Shown in pieces: positions 57,628-64,000 of a DNA stretch of 64,000 bases; positions within the stretch are counted from its first letter, which is position 1, and every line of letters begins with the position of its first letter. Source of the stretch: the human T2T-CHM13v2.0 reference genome, Homo sapiens; assembly GCF_009914755.1 (NCBI RefSeq), contig NC_060934.1; one strand, 5' to 3'. The position numbers and the translations under genes are program-made. The notes under the pieces are model-generated. The model was not told the origin of the DNA, did not search any database, and saw only the letters and a program-made list of their open reading frames with translations.

Positions 57628-57842
57628 AGCCTGGTCAACATAGCAAGAGCTCATCTCTACAAAAAGGTTAAATAACAAATTACCCAGGCTTGGTAGCATG
57701 TGCCTTTGGTTTTACCTACTCAGGAGGCTGAGGCAGAGGATTGCTTGAGCTCAGGAGTTTGAGGCTGCAGTTAACTATAATTGCATCACTGCACTCCAGC
57801 CTGGGCAACAAAGTGAGACCATGTCTCAGAGAAAGGAAAAAG
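57628..57842 (+). mobile_element. 5'-truncated AluJ-like
   Basis: 'agcctggtcaacatagcaagag...ggaggctgaggcagaggattgcttgagctcaggagtttgaggctgcag'. Confidence 0.8.
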
Positions 57843-57918
57843 GTTATTAATTCTTTAAAAACATATCTAAAATTTGTCCTGCCAAAAAGGAGAGATAAAA
57901 AGATAAACTTCAGTTTTT

Positions 57919-59241
57919 ATTTTATTTATTTATGTTTGCTGAGAAGAATCCTGTACTTTATTTATTCATTATTTCCATAGGTTTTTTGGGGAACAGGTGG
58001 TTTTTGGTTACATGAGTAGGTTCTTTAGTGATGATTTGTGAGATTTTGGTGCATCCATCACCTGAGCAGTATCCACTGAACCCAATTTGTAGTCTTTTAT
58101 CCCTTACCCTCCTCCCAGCCTTTCCCCTGAGTCCCGAAAATCCATTTTATCATTCTTATGCTGTTGCATCCTCATAGCTTAGCTCCCATATGAATGAGAA
58201 TATACGATGTTTAGTTTTTTATGCCTGAGTTACTTCATTTAGAATAATAGTCTCCAGTTCCATCCAGGTTGCTGGGAATGCCATTAATTTATTCCTTATG
58301 ATGACTGAGTGGTATTCCATTATACATATATATGTATATGTTTATCACAGTTTCTTTATCCACTTGTTGATTGATGGGCATTTGGGCTGGTTCCACATTT
58401 TTGTAATTGTAATTCGTAAATTGTAATTTGTTTGAGTTCCTTGTAGATTCTGGATAATAGCCCTTTGTCAGATGTACAGACTGAAGATTTTTTCCCACTC
58501 TGTGGGTTGTCTGTTAACTCTGCTGATTGTTCCTTTTCCTGTGCAGAAGCTCTTTAGTTAAGTCTCACCTGTTTGTTTTTGCTGAATTTGCTTTTGGGTT
58601 CTTGGTCATGAAGTCTTTGCCTAAGATAGTGTCTAGAAGGGTTTTTCTAATGTTTTCTTCTAGAGTTTTTGTGGTTTCAGGTCATAGATTTATGTTCTTG
58701 ATCCATTTTGAGTTGATTTTTGTGTAAAGAGAGAGTTGAGGATCCAGTTTCATTCTGCTGCATGTGGCTTGCCAATTATCCCAGCACCATTTGTTATTGA
58801 ATACACTTTACTTTCTTCACTTTATGTTTCAGTTGGCTTTGTTGAAGATCATTAGCTATAGGTATTTAGATTTGTTTCTGGGTCCTCTATTCTGTTCCAC
58901 TGTTGTATGTGCCTATTCTTATACCAGTACCATGCTGTTTTGGTGACTATGGCCTTATAGTATAGTTTGAAATCAGGTAATGTGATGTCTCCAGATTTGT
59001 TGTTTTTTCTTGGGTTTGTTTTGGCTATGTGAGGTTCTGTTTGGTCAAATATGAATTTTAGGATTGTTTTTTCTAGTTCAGTGAAGAAGGATGGTGGTAT
59101 TTTGTTGGGAATTGCATTGAATTTTTAGATTGCTTTTGGCAGTATGGTCATTTTCACAATATTCCTTCTACCCGTTCATGAGCATGGGATGTCTTTCCAT
59201 TTGTTTGTGTCCATGATTTCATTCAGCAATGTTTTGTAGTT
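57919..59241 (-). mobile_element. L1PB (L1PB1-like) 3' portion, antisense, internally deleted
   Basis: 3' UTR 'ggggaacaggtggtttttggttacatgagta...gagattttggtgca', followed by the antisense ORF2 C-terminal region. Confidence 0.85.
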
Positions 59242-59933
59242 CCCAGTGGCATATGAAAAAGATAATCCACCATGATCAAATGGGTTTCATACCAGGGATG
59301 CAGGGATGGTTTAACATATGCAAGTCAATAAATGTGATACACCACATAAACAGAATTAAAAACAAAAATCACATGATCATCTCAATAGATGCAGAAAAAG
59401 CATTTGACAAAATCCAGCATCGTTTTATAATTAAATCCCTCAGTGAAATCGGCATACAAGCGTTATACTTCAATGTAATAAAAGGCATCTATGACAAACC
59501 CACAGCCAACATAATACTGAGCAGGGAAAATTTGGAAGCATTCCCCCTGAGAACTGGAAAAAGACAAGGATGCCCACTCTCGCCACTTCTATTCAACATA
59601 GTACTGGAAGACCTAGGCAGAGCAATCACTCAAGAGAAAGCAATAAAAGGCATCCAGATTGGTAAAGAAGTCAAACTGTTGCTGTTTGCTGATGATAATG
59701 ATCGTATACCTAGAAAACCCTAGACTCCTCTAAAAAGCTCCTAGAACAGATAAATGAATTCAACAATGTTTCAGGAGGGAAAATTACTGTACACAAATCA
59801 GTAGCACTGTTATACCCCAACAGCAGCCAAGTTAGAATCATACCAAGATCTCACCCCTTTTATAGTAGCTGAAAAAACAAAATATTTAGGAATAGAAGAA
59901 ACCAAGGAGGTGAAAGACCTCTACAAGGAAAAC
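59242..59933 (+). mobile_element. Inverted 5' segment of the same L1PB (ORF2 RT domain)
   Basis: ORF 59229-59723: [21 protein letters not shown]...[16 protein letters not shown]...LFADD, the L1 reverse transcriptase. Confidence 0.9.
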
Positions 59934-60207
59934 AACTTTAGTATTTTTAATGGGTTAAAATGAAAGGCAGCAAGTAGAGTGGAAGAAGTCAGTGGGTGGG
60001 CATTGGCGTCCAAAGGGTACTGGACCTTTGATGGCAAGGCTTTGATTTTGAGTTACTAAATTACTAAGTATAATTATTTTCTAGTTTTTGTTATTAAACT
60101 GTAAAACTACTAAGTAATCCCTTCCATTTCTTGTTAAAGATCATAAATTTTCATACTCTGATTTATACTGACTGAAGTTAGATTATTTGTTTCTATTTTT
60201 GTGATTA

Positions 60208-63200
60208 CTTTTTTAAAATTATACTTTAAGTTCTAGGGTACATGTGCACAATGTGCAGGTTTGTTACATATGTATACATGTGCCATGTTGGTGTGCTGCA
60301 CTCATTAACACATCATTTACATTAGGTATATCTCCTAATGGTATCCCTCCCCACTCCCTCCACCCCATGACAGGCCCCAGTGTGTGATATTTCCCTTCCC
60401 GTGACGAAGTGTTCTCATTGTTCAATTCCCACCTATGAGTGAGAAAATGCGGTGTTTGGTTTTTTGTCCTTGCGGTAGTTTGCTGAGAATGACGGTTTCC
60501 AGCTTCATCCATGTCCATACAAAGGACATGAACTCATCCTTTTATATGGCTGCATAGTATTCCATGGTGTATATGTGCCACATTTTCTTATTCCAGTCTA
60601 TTATTGATGGACATAGGGGTTGGTTCCAAGTCTTTGCTATTGTGAATAGTGCCACGATAAACACAAATAAACACAAAACACAATAAACATGCCAAGAAAA
60701 CATATATTTAAACAAAAAATATAAAGCACGTGTCTCTCTAGCAACATGATTTATAATCCCTTGGGTATATACCCAGTAAGGGGATCACTGGGTCAAATGG
60801 TATTTCTAGTTCTAGATCCCTGAGGAATCGCCTCAATGGTAGATTCTTCCACGATGGTAGAACAAGTTTACAGTCCCAGTAACAGTGTAAAAGTGTTCCT
60901 GTTTCTCCACATCCTCTCCAGCACCTGTTGTTTCCTGACTTTTTAATGATCACCATTCTAACTGGTGTGAGATGATATCTCATTGTGGTTTTGATTTGCA
61001 TTTCTCTGATGGCCAGTGATGATTAGCATTTTTTTTTCATGTGTCTGTTGGCTGCATAAATGTCTTCTTTTGAGAAGTGTCTGTTCATATCATTTGCCCA
61101 CTTTTTGATGGGGTTGTTTATTTTCTTCTTGTAAATTTGTTTGAGTTCTTTGTAGATTCTGGATATTAGCCCTTTGTCAGATGAGTAGATTGCAAACATT
61201 TTCTCCCATTCTGTAGGTTGCCTGTTCACTCTGATGGTAGTTTCTTTTGCTGTGCAGAAGCTCTTTAGTTTAATTAGATCCCATTTGCCAATTTTGTCTT
61301 TTGCCGCCATTGCTTTTGGTGTTTTAGACATGAAGTCCTTGCCCATGCCTATGTCCTGAATGGTATTGCCTAGGTTTCCTTCTAGGGTTTTTATGGTTTC
61401 AGGTCTAACATTTAAGTGTTTAATCCATCTTGAATTAATTATTGTATAAGATGTAAGGAAGGGATCCAGTTTCAGCTTTCTCCATATGGCTAGCCAGTTT
61501 TCCCAGCACCATTTATTAAATAGGGAATCCTTTCCCCATTTCTTGTTTTTGTCAGGTTTGTCAAAGATCAGATGGTTGTAGACGTGTGGTATTATTTCTG
61601 AGGGCTCTGTTCTGTTCCATTGGTCTATATCTGTCTTTTGGTACCAGTACCTTGCTGTTTTGGTTACTGTAGCCTTGCAGTATAGTTTGAAGTCAGGTAG
61701 CATGATGCCTCCAGCTTTGTTCTTTTGGCTTACGTTTGTCTTGGCAATGCAGGCTCTTTTTTGGTTCCATATGAATTTTAAAGTAGTTTTTTCCAATTCT
61801 GTGAAGAACGTAATTCGTAGCTTGATGGGGATGGCGCTGAATCTATAAATTACCTTGGGCAGTATGGCCATTTTCATGAAATTGATTCTTCCTCTCCGTG
61901 GGCATGGAATGTTCTTCCATTTGTTTCTGTCCTCTTTTATTTCATTAAGCAGTGCTTTGTAGTTCTCCTTGAAGAGGTCCTTACATCCTTTGTAAGTTGG
62001 TTTCCTAGGTATATTATTCTCTTTGAAGCAATTGTGAATGGGATTTCACTCATGATTTGGCTCTCCATTTGTCTGTTATTGGTGTATAAGAATGCTTGTG
62101 ATTTTTGCAAATTGATTTTATATCCTGAGACTTTGCTGAAGTTGCTTATCAGCTTAAGGAGAGTTTGGGCTGAGATGATGGGGTTTTCTAAATATACAAT
62201 CATGCCATCTGCAAACATGGACAATATGACTTCCTCATTTCCTAATTGAATACCCTTTATTTCTTTATCCTGTCTGATTGCCCTGGCCAGAACTTCCAGC
62301 CCTATGTTGAATACGAGTGGTGAGAGAAGGCATTCCTGTCTTGTGCCAGTTTTCAAAGGGAATGCTTCCAGTTTTTGCCCATTCAGTATGATATTGGCTG
62401 TGGGTTTGTCATATATAGCTCTTATTATTTTGAGATACGTCCCATCAATACCTAATTTATTGAGCGTTTTTAGCATGAAAGGCTGTTGAATTTTGTCAAA
62501 GGACCTTGTGCATCTATTGAGATAATCATGTGGTTTTTGTCTTTGGTTCTGTTTATATGCTGGATTACGTTTATTGATTTTCGTATGTTGAGCCAGCCTT
62601 GCATACCAGGGATGAAGCCTACTTGATCATGGTGGATAAGCTTTTTGATGTGCTGCTGGATTTGGTTTGCCAGCATTTTATTGAGGATTTTTGCATCGAT
62701 GTTCATCAGGGATATTGGTCTAAAATTCTCTTTTTTGGTTGTGCCTCTGCCAGGCTTTGGTATCAGGATGATGGTGGCTTCATAAAATGAGTTAGGGAGG
62801 ATTCCCTCTTTTTCTGTTGATTGCAATAGTTTCAGAAGGAATGGTACCATCTCCTCCTTGTACATATGGTACAATTCGGCTGTGAATCAGTCTGGTCCTG
62901 GTCTTTTTTTGGTTGTTAGGCTACTAATTATTTCCTCAATTTCAGAGCCTGTTATTGGTCTATTCAGGGATTCAACTCCCTCCTGGTTTAGTCTTGGGAG
63001 GGTGTATTTGTCGAGGAATTTATCCATTTCTTCTAGTTTTTCTAGTTTACTTGTGCAGAGGTGTTTATAATATTCTCTGATTGTAGTTTGTATCTCTGTG
63101 GGATCAGTGGTGATATCCCCTTTATCATTTTTTATTGCATCTATTTGATTCTTCTCTCTTTTCTTCTTTATTAGTCTTGCTAGTGGTCTATCAATTTTGT

Positions 63201-64000
63201 TGATCTTTTCAAAAAACCAGCTCCTGGATTCATTGATTTTTTGTAGGTTTTTTTTTTTTTTTTTGTCTCTATCTCCTTCAGTTCTGCTCTGATCTTAGTT
63301 ATTTCTTGCCTTCTTCTAGCTTTTGAATGTGTTTTCTCTTGCTTCTCTAGTTCTTTTAATTGTGATGTTAGGGTGTCAATTTTAGATCTTCCCTGCTTTC
63401 TCTTCTGGGCATTCAGTGCTATAAATTTCCCTGTACACACTGCTTTAAATGTGTCCAAGAGATTCTGGTATGTTGTGTCTTTGTTTTTGTTGGTTTCAAA
63501 GAACATTTTTATTTCTGCCTTCATTTCGTTATGTACCTGGCAGTCATTCAGGAGCAGGTTGTTCAGTTTCCTTGTAGTTGAGCGGTTTTGAGTGGGCTTC
63601 TTAATCCTGAGTTCTAGTTTCATTGCACTGTGGTCTGAGAGACAGTTTGTTAAAATTTCTTTTCTTTTACATTTGCTGAGGATTGCTTTACTTCCAACTA
63701 TGTGGTCAGTTTTGGAATACGTCCGATGTGGTGCTGAGAAGAATGTATATTCTGTTAATTTGGGATGGAGAGTGCTGCAGATGTCTATTAGGTCTGCTTA
63801 GTGCAGAGCTGAGTTCAATTCCTGGATATCCTCGTTAACTTTCTGTCTCATTGATCTGTCTAATGTTGACAGTGGGGTGTTAAAGTCTCCCATTATTATT
63901 GTGTGGGAGTCTAAGTCTCTTTGTAGGTCTCTAGGGACTAGCTTTATGAATCTGGGTGCTCCTGTATTGGGTGCATATATATTTAGGATAGTTGCTCTTC
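60208..64000 (-). mobile_element. L1PA (L1PA4-6-like), ORF2 disrupted, continues past the window end
   Basis: 3' end 'ttatactttaagttctagggtacatgtgcacaatgtgcagg'; ORF2 broken into fragments at 60738-61001, 61023-61877, 61937-62476, 62470-62874 and 63180-63623. Confidence 0.95.

Noticed and set aside
59229-63623. RT-containing ORFs as an active retroelement or novel RT system
   Set aside because: Ordinary L1 ORF2 fragments with multiple frameshifts and stops.

Overview
Primate (Alu/L1PA-bearing, probably hominoid) genomic DNA with no intact protein-coding gene. It has the mosaic structure of a pericentromeric segmental duplication. In order along the window: (1) an AT-rich block of old repeats (1-12.3 kb); (2) a ~140-bp unique leader plus a ~1.1-kb GC-rich (GCCGCCGCGGCTTTTTGCCCC)n array; (3) a truncated copy of the KSR1 5' end/exon 1 with probable intron-1 sequence (13.57-16.28 kb); (4) a ~1.1-kb (GAAAT/GATGAAAT)n array; (5) a second AT-rich, exon-free block (17.4-40.2 kb); (6) a second, diverged copy of the leader + GC-array cassette, which truncates an Alu; (7) an LTR-rich block carrying exons 1-3 of an unprocessed cyclin-Y-like (CCNYL2-type) pseudogene. 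That pseudogene has a 5-nt frameshift but intact splice sites, lies ~270 bp downstream of a MER61 LTR, and has a 5'-inverted L1PB and a long L1PA in its third intron. The most interesting signal is the repeated leader + GC-repeat cassette, which sits at two apparent duplicon junctions. Repeat-family and gene identifications come from recalled consensus/protein sequences and need database confirmation.
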